Below are positions 11,883 to 24,770 of a DNA stretch of 64,000 nucleotides, piece by piece. The notes below the pieces were generated by a model. That model was given only the letters and a program-made list of their open reading frames with translations. It did no database searches and was not told where the DNA came from. The translations under genes were made by a program, and so were the position numbers. The stretch is from Octopus sinensis (taxonomy: Eukaryota). The stretch lies in NCBI RefSeq assembly GCF_006345805.1, contig NC_043018.1, positions 16,864,001 to 16,928,000 on the forward strand, given 5' to 3'. The first letter of the stretch is position 1. The number at the start of each line of letters is the position of its first letter.

Positions 11883-12006
11883 ACATATATGTGTGCGCGT
11901 ATATCTGTTTGTAGGGCGTGTACTGGACTCTCCAGGTTTTGTTGTTGACAGTTTTTTTCCTGTGCATCACATAAACATATATACTAATTATTTAAATAAA
12001 TAAATA

Positions 12007-12060
<54 letters not shown>

Positions 12061-12065
<5 letters not shown>

Positions 12066-12267
12066 CTTTACTACCCACAAGGGGCTAAACACAGAGGGGA
12101 CAAACAAGGACAGACAAAGGGATTAAGTCGATTACATCGACCCAGTGCGAAGCTGGTACTTTATTTATCGACCCCGAGAGGATGAAAAGCAAAATCGACC
12201 TCGGCGAAATTTGAACTCAGAACGTAACGACAGACGAAATACCGCAAAGCATTTCGCCCGGGGCGCT

Positions 12268-12271
<4 letters not shown>
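12061..12271 (-). mobile_element. SINE family B, head slightly truncated, between (TA)n and (GT)n
   Basis: Matches family B consensus seen elsewhere in the window. Confidence 0.9.
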
Positions 12272-12305
<34 letters not shown>

Positions 12306-12629
12306 CGCATAAACACTGAGGGCTATGCAGTTATTGTGCTGTTTCTGACACAAATATAGTTTCTCAACTTTCAGTTAATGTTTTTGCCGCGCTAACCCGT
12401 CTCTCTGGTTTGATTTTTCTCCATTTATGGGGAGGCGTCAACCCATTTCAATAGAGAAAACAGAGCTCACTCTTTCTCGTGAAGTTTATTTTGAAATATG
12501 AGAAATAAATCAAAAATGAAAACTAGTTCTCTCTCTCCTTCTACAACAATAGAAGTCTATAATAAAGTTGGCAGCTTTGTTGGCGACATACAAAATATAT
12601 TTCCTTAACATATATCCTGGGCATAAGAC

Positions 12630-12770
12630 AACAACCACACGGTTTCGGGTTCAGTGACACTGCGTGGCACCTTTATCCAAGTGTCTTCTATTATAGCTCT
12701 GGGTTGACCAATGTTTTGTGATTGGATAGAGGTGACTGAAAGAAGACCGTCGTTCATACATACGTACATA
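12630..12770 (+). mobile_element. Degenerate SINE family A 5' fragment
   Basis: gggttcagtgacactgcgtggcacct...aagtgtcttctattatagc resembles the family A head and core. Confidence 0.6.
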
Positions 12771-12927
12771 CATACATCTGAACATATGCATAGAGAGAGA
12801 TAGATTGAGAGATAGACAGATAGGTGGATGCAGTTCTATATTTAAGATATGAGGAATTATGTACATTATTGACATTATTTACAGTGTTTGCATTTGACGG
12901 ATATTTGTCCTCATCTTGTTTGTTGTT

Positions 12928-12975
12928 AATGCAACGTTTCGGCTGTTATACTCTCCAGCCTCCATCAGGTGTATT
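12928..12975 (-). ncRNA. Degenerate minimal hammerhead-like motif
   Basis: CTGATGG-A-GGCTG-GAGAGTATAA-CAGCC-GAAAC-GT-T; stem II intact, A9G, stem I decayed. Confidence 0.4.
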
Positions 12976-12984
12976 GGGGAAATT

Positions 12985-13292
12985 TCAAAGGCCCACAGCT
13001 CTTCAATGTCTTGCCACAAAAATTAAGAAATTTGCATAAGGTGAAATTAGATGTCTTCAAAAAGGAACTAGACATCTCTCCCTTCACAATACCGGATGAA
13101 CCAACAGCCCGACATGAGGTGCAGACGAGAGCAGCGGAATCGAATTCCCTTATACACCACATAGGGTAACAGCTGGGACAGAGGCATATACAGAAATGGT
13201 GATGTGAAACACTCCAGACTGAGGAAATCAGAAAGATTACAGTGGTGCCCCAGCATGACTGCAGCCGCATAGCTGAAACGAGCAAAAGAGTA
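12985..13292 (+). mobile_element. 3' end of a CR1/L2-group LINE (ORF2 C-terminus, 3' UTR, tail)
   Basis: FKGPQLFNVLPQKLRNLHKVKLDVFKKELD...IPDEP...RAAESNSL matches the GPxLFNxLPxxxRN...FKxxLD C-terminal pattern of this group; stop at 13169. Confidence 0.75.
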
Positions 13293-13698
13293 TATGTGGT
13301 AAGTAGCTTGCTAACCAACCACATGGTTCCGGGTTCAGTCCTACTGCGTGGCATCTTGGGCAAGTGTCTTCTGCTATAGCTCCGGGCCGACCAATGCCTT
13401 GTGAGTGGATTTGGTAGACGGAAACTGAAAGAAGCCAGTCGTATATATGTATATATATATATATATATGCGTGTGTGTGTGTTTGTGTGTCTGTGTTTGT
13501 CCCCCTAGCATTGCTTGACAACCGATGCTGGTGTGTTTACGTCCCCGTCACTTGGTGGTTCGGCAAAAAGAGACCGATAGAATAAGTACTGGGCTTACAA
13601 AAAGAATAAGTCCCGGGGTCGAGTTGCTCGACTAAAGGCGGTGCTCCAGCATGGCCGCAGTCAAATGACTGAAACAAGTAAAAGAGAAAGAGAAAGAG
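13293..13698 (+). mobile_element. SINE family A, slightly 5'-truncated, directly after the LINE tail
   Basis: Near-identical to the other family A copies. Confidence 0.9.
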
Positions 13699-15417
13699 AT
13701 ACATTTATGTATATGTATTTATGCATATATTTACATGCATTTATTTGCATCTATAAATTTTGATTCTTTTAGTTGTTTCAGTCGATGAACGGCGGCCACC
13801 CTGGAGCATCACCTTGTTTATATTAAATTATCACCTTTATTAAGTTTTTCTATATTTTTTCTGGAAGTTTATCTGTAATTGATTTGGTAGCTGTTGTTAT
13901 TCCTTGAGCACAACTTAGTACAGAGGGTTGATCCGTAGTATCAATGATTTTAAAGGTGCTATGCGTGGAAGGTATGCAAGAATCTTTCAGTTCTTGCATT
14001 TAATTTTTCCTTTCATGGTGAACTTTGGAACATGACCTTGCAGGATCTTCTATAGATAAATAAAAACATACTTATCATTGCATCCTTTAAGAGAATTGAG
14101 ACGTAGAGCTTTGGAACTTACTCAGTAATGAAAGAAGTTATTTTATGAGCGAACGTCCTCTGTAATCTTTCAATTTCTGTGAATAATTGTGTTTGGAAAC
14201 CGAAGCTGGAAACAATAATCTAACCAACATTTCCTATGAGTAATTTCTGGCTTTTCAATTTTCTGTTTAGATTTACTTCTTCCTTTGGTCTCTTTACCTT
14301 TGTTATATTTTGTTAAAGATTGTTTCTGATAATCTGACATAGAACTTGCAACAAATCTCAATTACGAAAATGATCTATGGATCCGCAACATCCCCTGTTT
14401 ACCCAATCGTTATCTCACTTTCTCTGATTTCTCATCATTTCTGTCCCCTCTTTTTTATGTCTTTATTGCATTTTTGTCATTCTAATATTCGAGCATAAAC
14501 GACCTCCCCTGAATCACCTGTGAAAAATATCCCTAAATATGTTGGGATCACGCAGTTATTATTTTGATTTATATACATCCTATGAAGTGTTACCTTTTAT
14601 ATCCTCAAGGTGCCTAACCATATATTTATTTATTCCGATTTCCTTTTCCCACATGCAAACAAACTGATGCATAATTTTGGTTTTGATATTGCGAATATTG
14701 TTTAATCTGTTCCATTGCTTAGATTCTGTTTGAGATTTGGCGTCAAGAAACTCGGAATTACATTTTAAGTTTAAACTAGAAACACATATTCTTATGCCTT
14801 CAAGGTTGCATATTAACTACGTAAGAAATATACGATAACAATTTATTAACACAGTTTTGTTACCAACTAAGAAATCCACGACATCATTTGTAAAAGAATC
14901 TATAATTTATTTCTATTTACAAAAGCAATATTTTTATCGAATCAGCAATATATCGAATTACAGACGTGGGATAAATATTAATAGCGATTTGCCAGGAAAA
15001 AAAAACACTAATGAAATTGCTAATTTATTCAGATTATCATTATATCGAACTTGTTCTTTTCGTCTCTCTTACATCTCCCCCCTCTCTCTCTCGTATATGC
15101 ATACACACAGAGACACACACTCATACATACGTATACGCATATATACAACATACATATATACATATGTGTGTGTGCGTGTCTGCGTGTGTATACCTGTGTA
15201 TATATGTATATATACTTATGGATACGTACATATATATATATATATATTATATTAAAATAGAGACAAAACCACTATTAGGCAAATCATACAATGAAAAACT
15301 TAAGCCAATACATAAGATTATTTAATTTATATTATTTAAATATATAACAAAATTATTTAAAAAATCTGATTTTTCCCTGTAGGTTTGGATTTATTCCCTA
15401 ATATTTATTATTAATTT

Positions 15418-15452
<35 letters not shown>

Positions 15453-15884
15453 TGTGTGTGTGTGTGTGTGTGTATGTCTAGTCCTGCACATTTATTAATA
15501 ACCATAGCTACTACTTTATTCTTTCAATGTATTTTACTCATTCCTTCGCGATATTCTTTCTTTCATCCATTTCTTAATTTCGTGCCATTTCTAAGTTTTT
15601 CTTCTTCATTCGTTTCCTCTTATGTTGTACCTTCTTTATAGTTTATTGTTTTATCGTTCGTAATTTGTGTTATTGGAAGCCACTTCCACCATGGCAGCAA
15701 CCAAGCAGCGATAGAAATGTATCAAACAACTTCTTTCTACGTGGTAGGTTAAAGAATTATAGGATAATAAATATAAAAGATAAAAAAAAATTAAACCGTT
15801 AATTTCGAAGCTACAGTAAAAATTGTGAAATCTTCCCCTCTCTCACCTTAAACATACCGTAGGAAAGAGATAGATAGATAGATG

Positions 15885-15915
<31 letters not shown>

Positions 15916-16970
15916 AAGAGAGAGAGAGAGAGAGTAAATCTGGGATGCAAATCGGCGCGTGACATATAGATTCTATTGAGTTAGGATGCATCGATTCAGG
16001 AGAATATTTACGAAGGTGGTTGCAATGGGTTTCGAGCTGCCGGTTTGAAGATCATTCGGATCCAGAGACTGATCAATAAACGAAAACACTTCCATGTTTT
16101 GATCCTGTAGAGACAATTTATTGTTAAATATCTTGGTTACTGCTGCCATCCGCATTTGCTGCACTTTGTTAATATGGTGACAGAACCTTCGCCACATCAA
16201 TCTCTCGGTCTTTTTCGCACTCTCCCGCTCTCCGTCTCGATCCCACTCTCTCTTTTCCCAAACGCATACGCGCACCTTCACGCACACACACACACACACT
16301 CTCTCGCACACTCACATTTTCTTTATTATTGAAACTCCTAAAATAGGCAGTGACCCCGAGACAAACTCTGCTCACCGGGTGTGTTCGCTTATACACGTAT
16401 GCATACTAGAAATCTCTAGTGCTGAAATGCCTATATATCTAGTGATGTCGCATATTTTTTGCTGAAACATGTACGGCTTAGGTTGGAGCGGTGTATTTGT
16501 TATAAAATTTTATACATGTCAAATTTCGCAGTTGACTTGTTCTCAAGTATGAGTAAACAATATGAAAAGCAGTGACGACTTGTATATGAGTAACACTAGA
16601 AATATTCAACGAAAGCAAATTAGCAGGAGAAGCAAAGCAAGAACAATAAAAAAACAACATATTTGAAAAGAAATTCTAGCACAAAATACATATGAAAACG
16701 AAACACCCGAATGGGTGCCTATGTGTGTATATGTGTCAACAAGTATGTGTGTGTGTGTATGCATGTGTGTGAATGTGTGTGTGCATGAGAGAGAGGGAGA
16801 GTATCTGTGGGTGTACAGTACCCTTTAGCACCTGTTAAGGCATGTGCTATCGAAAACGTTTACACCGACCTAGAAGATGAGAAGAAACGTTGGGTTGTGC
16901 CAAACTGTGCACTACAATTCTACTATCAGCTTTCACCCGCATTTGGGTACATCAAATTCAACATATATAT

Positions 16971-17195
16971 TTCTTTACTGCTCACAAGGGGCTAGACACA
17001 GAGGGGACAAACAAGGACAGACAAAGGGATTAAGTCGATTACATTAACCCCAGTGCGTAACTGGTACTTAATTTATCGACCCCGAAAGGATGAAAGGCAA
17101 AGTCGACCTCGGCGGAATTTGAACTCGGAACGTAACGACAGACGAAATACGGCTACGCATTTCGCCCGGCGTGCTAACGTTTCTGCCAGCTCGCC
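16971..17195 (-). mobile_element. SINE family B with 18-bp TSD
   Basis: caaattcaacatatatat at 16953-16970 and 17196-17213. Confidence 0.92.
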
Positions 17196-17223
17196 CAAAT
17201 TCAACATATATATACCAAAAACC

Positions 17224-17635
17224 TACTCTTTTAATCTTTTACTTGTTTCAGTCATTTGACTGAGGCAATGCTGGAGCACCGCCTTTAATCGAGCAACTCG
17301 ACCCCGGAACTTATTCTTTTTGTAAGCCCAGTACTTATTCTATCGGTCTCTTTTGCCAAACCGCTAAGTAACGGGGACGTAAACACACCAGCATCGGTTC
17401 TCAAGCAATGCTAGGGGGACAAACACAGACACACAAGCAAACACACATACATATATATATACATATATACGACAGGCTTCTTTCCGTTTCCGTCTACCAA
17501 ATCCACTCACAAGGCATTGGTCGGCCCGGGGCTATAGCAGAAGACACTTGCCCAAGATGCTACGCAGTAGGACTGAACCCGGAACCATGTGGTTGGTTAG
17601 CAAGCTACTTACCACACAGCCACTCCTGCACCTAT
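17224..17635 (-). mobile_element. SINE family A, full length
   Basis: Matches family A from head to tail. Confidence 0.9.
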
Positions 17636-18844
17636 GTACAATAAACAGATCACTTGTGGGGATATTTGAATGATTTAAGTAATTCAGTAGGGATGAATTA
17701 ATTGATACAGGACAGATGAAATAACGGAAAAGTCTCTGTCCAAAAGTTGGCTTGTCGTTGGTCGAAAATGAAGGGGAAGTCTTTTACATGCTGTTTTAGT
17801 GAAAATGGTACACCTTTTCCCACGTAATAAACAGCTATAAAGTCAGTTGTTGTAGGAGGTCAGTAGCAGTAGAAACGAGTTCTCATTTGAAGTCAGTGTC
17901 AGCTACGTGACATATACGAGTTCGAACCACCGTAAAGGTAGACGTTTCAAAGTCGTTGTCTTGCAGACGTATCAGCGATAGTACGATAGACGAGTGAAAG
18001 ATAATAAGGCTCAGAATACCGTCACAACATCATAGTGGTGACAAGAATATTACAGTGTTGACGACAACATACAAGTGGACGAGGATCCACATTATAACAC
18101 ACACTCACATGCATAGATATACACATATATAATACATACATATATATGAATATATATATATATATTTAAAGCAAATAGGTAACAAGGATGTCAAGGTATT
18201 AATACATTACGGCCGTTTCAGGCAGCTCCATTTAATCGATCAATGCAAGCATTACACCAGTTTGAAATACATCGCCTTCCTCGGATGCATAAGACCATAT
18301 AGGTTTTCAACATACAGGACGTTGCCTTATAATTTTATAGCAAATATTTCATCTGAACTAGAGAATAAAAGAATTACATGCTTATTGTTTTAATTTTAGC
18401 CGAATGAACTTATGGAGAAAATACTCCAGCTGTAATTTGGAGTGGCAGAAGAGAATAACAACGGCGGTCATGAGAGGGTAATATAGTTTCATTCATTTAT
18501 CTCCTCATCACCATCAAAAGATTTAGTGCAGCTAGTATACTACGTCCACTAAGAATTAAAACTACTGGGAATCGACAGTTAAGTTCTGGTAGCTGATGAT
18601 AAAATAATTAATGTCAGATACTCTCCTAAACCCCTAATTTACAATGGCTATAAATTCGCTATGACCACATAAAGGAAGTCAGAGGAAGTCAGTAAGATAG
18701 TGGTATATGCCCAGAAAGACGGAGGTTAGGGGTGACATAAGCTTTTTCTTATTATCATCAATTAAAAGGGACTTAAAATAGGAAACAAAGGAGATCACAA
18801 TGAGATCTAAATATATGCTTTGCGCATATATTTGCATATAGTAG

Positions 18845-18920
18845 AGGAAATAGCTAAATTCTTTAGCTGTTATTTCTAAAAGTTCGGTGTGTGGTAAAGC
18901 AAATTCTTTTTGCTGAACCC

Positions 18921-18926
<6 letters not shown>
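18845..18926. repeat. Diverged single copy of the 3157-3361 palindrome arm
   Basis: gctgttatttctaaaagttcggtgtgtggtaaagcaaatt...gctgaaccctaatta vs gctatttctaaattcggtgtgtggtgaggcaaatcgttgctaaacccttaatta; also ends in (TA)n. Confidence 0.7.
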
Positions 18927-18973
<47 letters not shown>

Positions 18974-19123
18974 CATTCACATATAAACATTTGTGGTAGT
19001 TTATGTAAAACACGAACTTATACATATACATACTAACATATATATATATATATAATATATATATTATATATATATATATATATATAGACACACCACACCA
19101 GACACACCACACCACACACACCC

Positions 19124-19157
<34 letters not shown>

Positions 19158-21324
19158 CAGACACAAACATATAAATACATGCATATATAATACATAGGAG
19201 TCTTTATGCTCTAAGACATTCGAGTTTCTCCAATTATGTTTCCCATTATCTGTCTTTCGCACGTCTTTTAGATGAAATATCTGCTGCAGGAACCAAATTT
19301 GAAAATCTTTTGCACAAAACAAACGACTTCCTGTCAGCCATTAGATTTCCCTGTAACACTATTTCCGGTTGAACGTGTCGTCTGTCCGCTTTCATTTTCT
19401 TTTGGTCAGACGGACAGAAGGCACGTCGGGTTGTCGGTGTTGCTGCTGTTGTTTAACTCCAGGACACTTTTGATCAATGACACCCACCATAAAAATAGAT
19501 CCAGCCGTAGATAAAGAGTTCTACTATCGTTCATTGTATAATTGTTATCCTTTATCTTTTTTTGTTTAATCTAAGTTAGATTTGTTACTCTTTCTAGCAA
19601 ATCAAAAGACCACTTGCTGGTAACACGAAACATTTCATATTACTTTAGTGGCGTTGAATAATGGATGATGTCCGAATGTAGTTGACGGTGGCGGTTGTGA
19701 TGCCCGGATGTTGATGATGGTTGTGGTGGTGGTGGTGATGGTGGTGGGTAGCAAGGTGATGCTTAGGGTGTGGAAGAATCGGAAGACCTTTTTTTTTATT
19801 AATTAACTCTTGGTTAATCTTTATAAAGCAAGTCAATGCAAACCTATGTTATTTAACGTTTCCTTCTTTTAAAACAATAAAATGTGTTTCGAAGGCAATG
19901 TGGCTGCCATTTCTAGCTTGACGGGTGTCCGCATAATAAGGTCACTGGTTGTATGCAGAGGTCAAATCTAATGACATGGTTTGAAAAAGAATTTGATTGA
20001 CGTGGGTTTTGTCGCTGTTTAACACTAGGCCAGACTTTGAGGATGCGCTCCTAACATGACCTTCTCTCCTTTTAATATATCAGGTATTACAATGTTCGCC
20101 ACCACCACAGAAGTAACACCACCACCACCACCACCATAAAACAACTACCACCACCATTTCGGTCGCCACCACTACTTCCGCAACCACTACCATCACTACC
20201 ACCATCATCATATCACCTCGCACTATCATCATCAGCATCACTACAACTGCCACCATCACCCCCAAGCCCCCCTCCCCCCACTGACCGACTAAATCTAGCA
20301 AGATGAGATGCTAACAGATTGGAGACAGGAAGTTTCATTAGAATCCTTGTGTCTCCAAAGCTGTAACAGCTAATGATGCAATTGAGATGTGGTTGTAGTT
20401 GAGAGGGGCACGAGAGTGGAGGGAGGAGGTGGAATGGGTTCACGATCAATCGTTGTTGCTGTTGTTGTTGTCGTCGTCGTCGCTGGTGTTACTGCTGCTG
20501 ATGCTGCTGCAGCTGCTGCTGTTGCCCTCGCTGTTATTGCTGCTGCTGTTGTGCTCTGTGACCTGCTTCTGGTGCAGATAGATTCGGTTACTGATGTCCG
20601 TGTTTAGCCCTGACCCTTTCCCCATTGAACAGGTTTACTATCAAAAGTATTCCGGTTATGACCGTTCCACCTTTTTTCTTCTTCAGGTTCTAATCTAGGC
20701 ATTGGATATTTGGTTTAAATAATCGTGTTGCAACAACGTAGTCCTGGGTTCAGTTCCATTGTGCAGAATTTTGTGCAAGAATTTCTCACTGTAGCTTTGG
20801 GGACGTCAAATGCGTTGTCATTGAAATTACTCGACAGAACTCTATGAAAGCCAACTTTGCCTTTTAATCTCTCTGAGTCGGCAAAGTACCAGTCATGAAT
20901 TAGAGTCGATATAATTAATATTCTCCTCACAGAAACTACTGGCCAAATATATAAATTAGACGCTATTATAACACGTACTCAAAGCTATCCATAAGTTAGT
21001 TGTTTGTCTATATAGAAACTTTTTCTATTATTTATTCTATATTGTTATTAAGCTGACCAGAAGCGCATGGAGCCAGTTGTTTGCTTTGCTACTACCTCTG
21101 CCTCATTGCTGCTGCTGTTGTAAACTTTAAAACCATCGCCACGACTAGGATCACCAAAGTGAAAGCAGTAATATAACGTAATACTTGTACCTACTTACGG
21201 ACAATAATTTATCTGTGGGTGTTAATCAAAAATCGATGCGTAGAAATAGAAAGGTATGGGAAATGGTCCCTGGCTGACATACACTTCCTCATTAGAGTCT
21301 GATAATCCCTTGTAATAAGGCATT

Positions 21325-21404
21325 CCGTTTACGGGGACGTAAAAACGCCACCATCTGTTGTCAAGTGATGTTGGGGGGGGACAAACACAGACACAGACAC
21401 ACAC

Positions 21405-21447
<43 letters not shown>

Positions 21448-21612
21448 CGACAGGCTTCTTTCAATTTCCGTCTACCAAATTCACTCACAAGGTTTTGATC
21501 GACCCGAGGCTATAGCAGAAGACACTTGCCCAAGGTGCCACGCAGTGGGACTGAACACGGAACCATGTGGTTCGTAAGCAAGCTACTTACCACACAGCCA
21601 CTCCTACGCCAA
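21325..21612 (-). mobile_element. SINE family A, 3'-truncated and diverged
   Basis: Head, core and internal microsatellite present; tail missing. Confidence 0.85.
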
Positions 21613-22344
21613 TGATGATAATAATGATGATGATCATTATCATTATCATCATTGGCAACAGCAACAACAAAAACAAAAACCACAAAGGGTAAAAACAAAA
21701 CTAGAACAACGAATGGAAGAATACTGGCAACTGCCAAGCGTACGTACAAAGTGTGTGTATTGGAATGTGAATGTGTGACCATGTGTGTGTGTATATGTCA
21801 GTGTGTGTGCGCATGTGTGCATTTCTTATTCTGTGTCTCTTATACGTGTATGCATATGTCAGCACGTGCGTGTATGTCTTGAGGCAAGTATGTGCATATA
21901 TCTGTGTTTGTCTCTGTCTGTGTGTCTCTAATCGTACATCAATTGAAGTTTCCGTTACAAAAATTTCTGCCGTCCTTGGTGCGAGGTCAAAGTTCAGTGC
22001 CGCTCTTGTAATTTACAATATTGCTGGTTCTTGGCCAAAGTGTTATGTAAGTAGGGGGCAGGGGTCAAGGAAGAGTGAGGTCACGACGTACGGTTGGCTG
22101 GCATTGTTGTGGATGTGGATGTGAAATGCGGCATCAATAATTGTATAGATACAGGAAAATATGTATATAAATGTGTGTGTGTGTGTGTGTGTGTGTTTGT
22201 GTCGTGTGTCTGTGTATCTATGTACCTATATAAATATACGTATATATGTATCTATGTAGATATCTATAGATACATACATACAAACATTTGTATATATATA
22301 TATATATGTATGCATGTATGTTATATATATATGGTGTGTATATA

Positions 22345-22462
<118 letters not shown>

Positions 22463-22502
22463 TATGTGTGTGTGTGTGTGTATACATATGTGTGTATATC
22501 TA

Positions 22503-23186
22503 AAAAGGTCTGATCAATAAGTATCCTGACTGTTGCCATAGTAACGAATCTAAATCACGTGGAGTAAAGCTGCTGGGCATAGATTGACATTGAACCCTGC
22601 TGTGTATGTGCATTTATCTCTTTACAAGGACTTCTTTTTTTCTCCGGGCACGATAGAACGAGATTTGAAGAAATGAAAACCTACAATGTGTGACGTGTTA
22701 CGCCTTCAATTGATTTTAGTGAAATGAGACAAATGTAACTAGTTTCCGCTTTTTACAGCAGTGCTCGGAAGGAAGGTGTGTAGCGTGCGATCGTCGCATT
22801 GACCATGACAGAGAAAGTTGTCGTGGCAATACCTGCTTAGAGGCATACGCTAAGTTGCAGAAAGTGTATGGAGAGGGGTGTATGAACCGCACACAGATCT
22901 TACGAGTGTTTCGGACGTTTCAAGGATGGCCGAATGTTCTGGAAGGTCCGCAACCAGCAGAACTGAGAAGAACATTGCAGATATGTGTGGAACTGTGGGG
23001 GTAAATTGTAAAATCACCATTCGTAAATTATCAGAGCTTGTACAGATCAGTTACGGTTCGCTTCAGTTTATTATTACTGAAGATTCCTGTATAAGACTCG
23101 TGTCTGCCAACTTTGTGCTAAAACCGTTTTCAGTTGACCAAAAAGACACTCGGGTTTCAGTTGCCCAAATGTATCGAGAACGATGA
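22503..23186 (+). mobile_element. Mariner (Tc1/mariner) transposon relic, left end and N-terminal transposase
   Basis: Follows TA; TIR-like ggtctgatcaataagtatcc; translation EAYAKLQKVYGEGCMNRT..RFKDGR..SGRSATSRTEKNI..ITIRKLSE..ISYGS..VSANFVLK fits mariner HTH domains, with frameshifts. Confidence 0.8.
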
Positions 23187-23238
23187 AAACTATTTGGCCC
23201 TCTGAGCAGCTACCGCCAAGCTTTTGGCAAAATTTAAT

Positions 23239-23471
23239 GCATGGCTTAGTGGTTAGAGCGTCGAGCTTACGATCGCGAGGTTGTGAGTTCGATTCCCAGA
23301 CTGGGCTGCGTGCCGTGTTCTTGAGCAAGACACTTCATTACACGTTGCTCCAGTTAACTCAGCTGTAGAAATGAGTTGCGACATCATCACTGGTGCCAAG
23401 CTGTATCGGCTTTTGCCTTTCCCTTGGATAACATCAGTGTTGTGGAGAGCGAGGCTGGTATGCATGGGCGA
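23239..23471 (+). mobile_element. tRNA-derived SINE family E, 3'-truncated
   Basis: TGGCTTAGTGGTTAG A-box-like, GAGTTCGATTCCC B-box-like, core-like CTTGAGCAAGACACTT; second copy at 29606. Confidence 0.8.
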
Positions 23472-23565
23472 TACGACAGACTTCTTTCGGTTTTCGTCAA
23501 ACAAATCCAATGACAAAGCTTTGGTCGGCCTGAGGCTATAGTAGAAGACACTTGCCCAAGGTGCC
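23471..23565 (-). mobile_element. Internal fragment of SINE family A fused to the family E copy
   Basis: atacgacagacttctttc...gaagacacttgcccaaggtgcc. Confidence 0.75.
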
Positions 23566-23727
23566 TTTTAGCATACAACCACGCCTGCGCCTATATATAT
23601 ATATATATATATAATATATATATATATAAAGTTAATCCAAACAAGAAAGCACAAAAAACACAACAACGCGAGGACGTGGAACAAATATAGTATTATTGTA
23701 TGCTCAGGAAAGAAGGAAAGAAGTAGG

Positions 23728-23762
23728 GTTTAACGTTTCGAGCGGAGCTCTTCGTCGGAAAC
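23728..23762 (-). ncRNA. Minimal type-I hammerhead-like motif
   Basis: GTTT-CCGACGA-A-GAGC-TCC-GCTC-GAAAC-GT-T-AAAC: 4-bp stem I, 4-bp stem II, loopless palindromic ACGT stem III; U4C and a GUU site. Confidence 0.55.
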
Positions 23763-24624
23763 ATAGGAGAAGGAAAGATCCAGAGAAGGGAATATACATG
23801 TGTACGTGTGTGTGTGTGTGTGTGTGTGTGTTGAAAACAGAGCAAGAACGAGCAGGTGACAAACAATAAACGAGAGTAAAATCATTAAGAAAGAAAACTA
23901 AGAGTAATAAGGGGAGAGAGTGGGGAGAGAAAGAGGGAGAGAGAGAGAGGAAGAGAGAGAGAGAGGAAGACAGAGAGACAGGGAGATAGGGAGAAATACA
24001 CTGAGAGATAGATAGACGTAGAGGGAAATGAGAAGGCAAAGCTGAGAGAAAGAGATAGGAGCCGCGGAAACAGTATCTGTTCTCAGACAGACGGAAAAAT
24101 ATATCTCTGATAAGATGATAAGAAACAAGTTATCCAATTCCCGCGACTCTTTACTATTGACTTTGCTGATTAAATTCACTGTTCTTTGTTTTCTATTCCA
24201 TTTCCCCTTTGTTCTATGATTTGGCCAGCTAATGTCTGTGGCGGTAACAATCATTAAAAAAGTGTTTGATCGAATACAAATGTTTTTAGGTGTCGAAGAA
24301 TAAAATATGTGTCAGAAGAAAATCTAATTAGGCTTAACAATAGAAAGTTTCTAACAGAGAACTTGCTGTCTTTGAGCGAAGAACAAGGAGTTGTTGGAAG
24401 ACAAGCAGAATGAAAAGTAAAATCCACATTGAGATGGATTCAAGAACCGGATTCGATTCCCAACAGAAATCAATAATCCTATTCAATTCCTATTCAAATA
24501 ATAATTCCTTACGTTGGCATCTGGCACCAGAGATGCAATGAACAGGATTTATCAATAGAAACCGATAGAAAGTCTGCGAGCGGTCAGAAACGCCAGCATA
24601 CCGGACAGAAGGCTTGGCTGCATT

Positions 24625-24770
24625 TCTTTTGGTTGACCCAGGTCAACTTTACCTTTCATCCTTTCGTGGTCGATAAAATAAATACCAGGTGAGCACTGGA
24701 GTTGATCTAATTTTGTCTCTCCCCACGAAATTGCTGACCTTATGCTAAAATTTGAAACAATTATTAAAAA
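24625..24770 (+). mobile_element. Family-B-related SINE fragment with a different tail
   Basis: ggtcaactttacctttcatcctttcgtggtcgataaaataaatacc core, then aaattgctgaccttatgctaaaatttgaaac. Confidence 0.65.

Noticed and set aside
17850-18090. Minus-strand hydrophobic MWILVHLYVVV.. reading
   Set aside because: Stops after 20 codons and again downstream; no splice support
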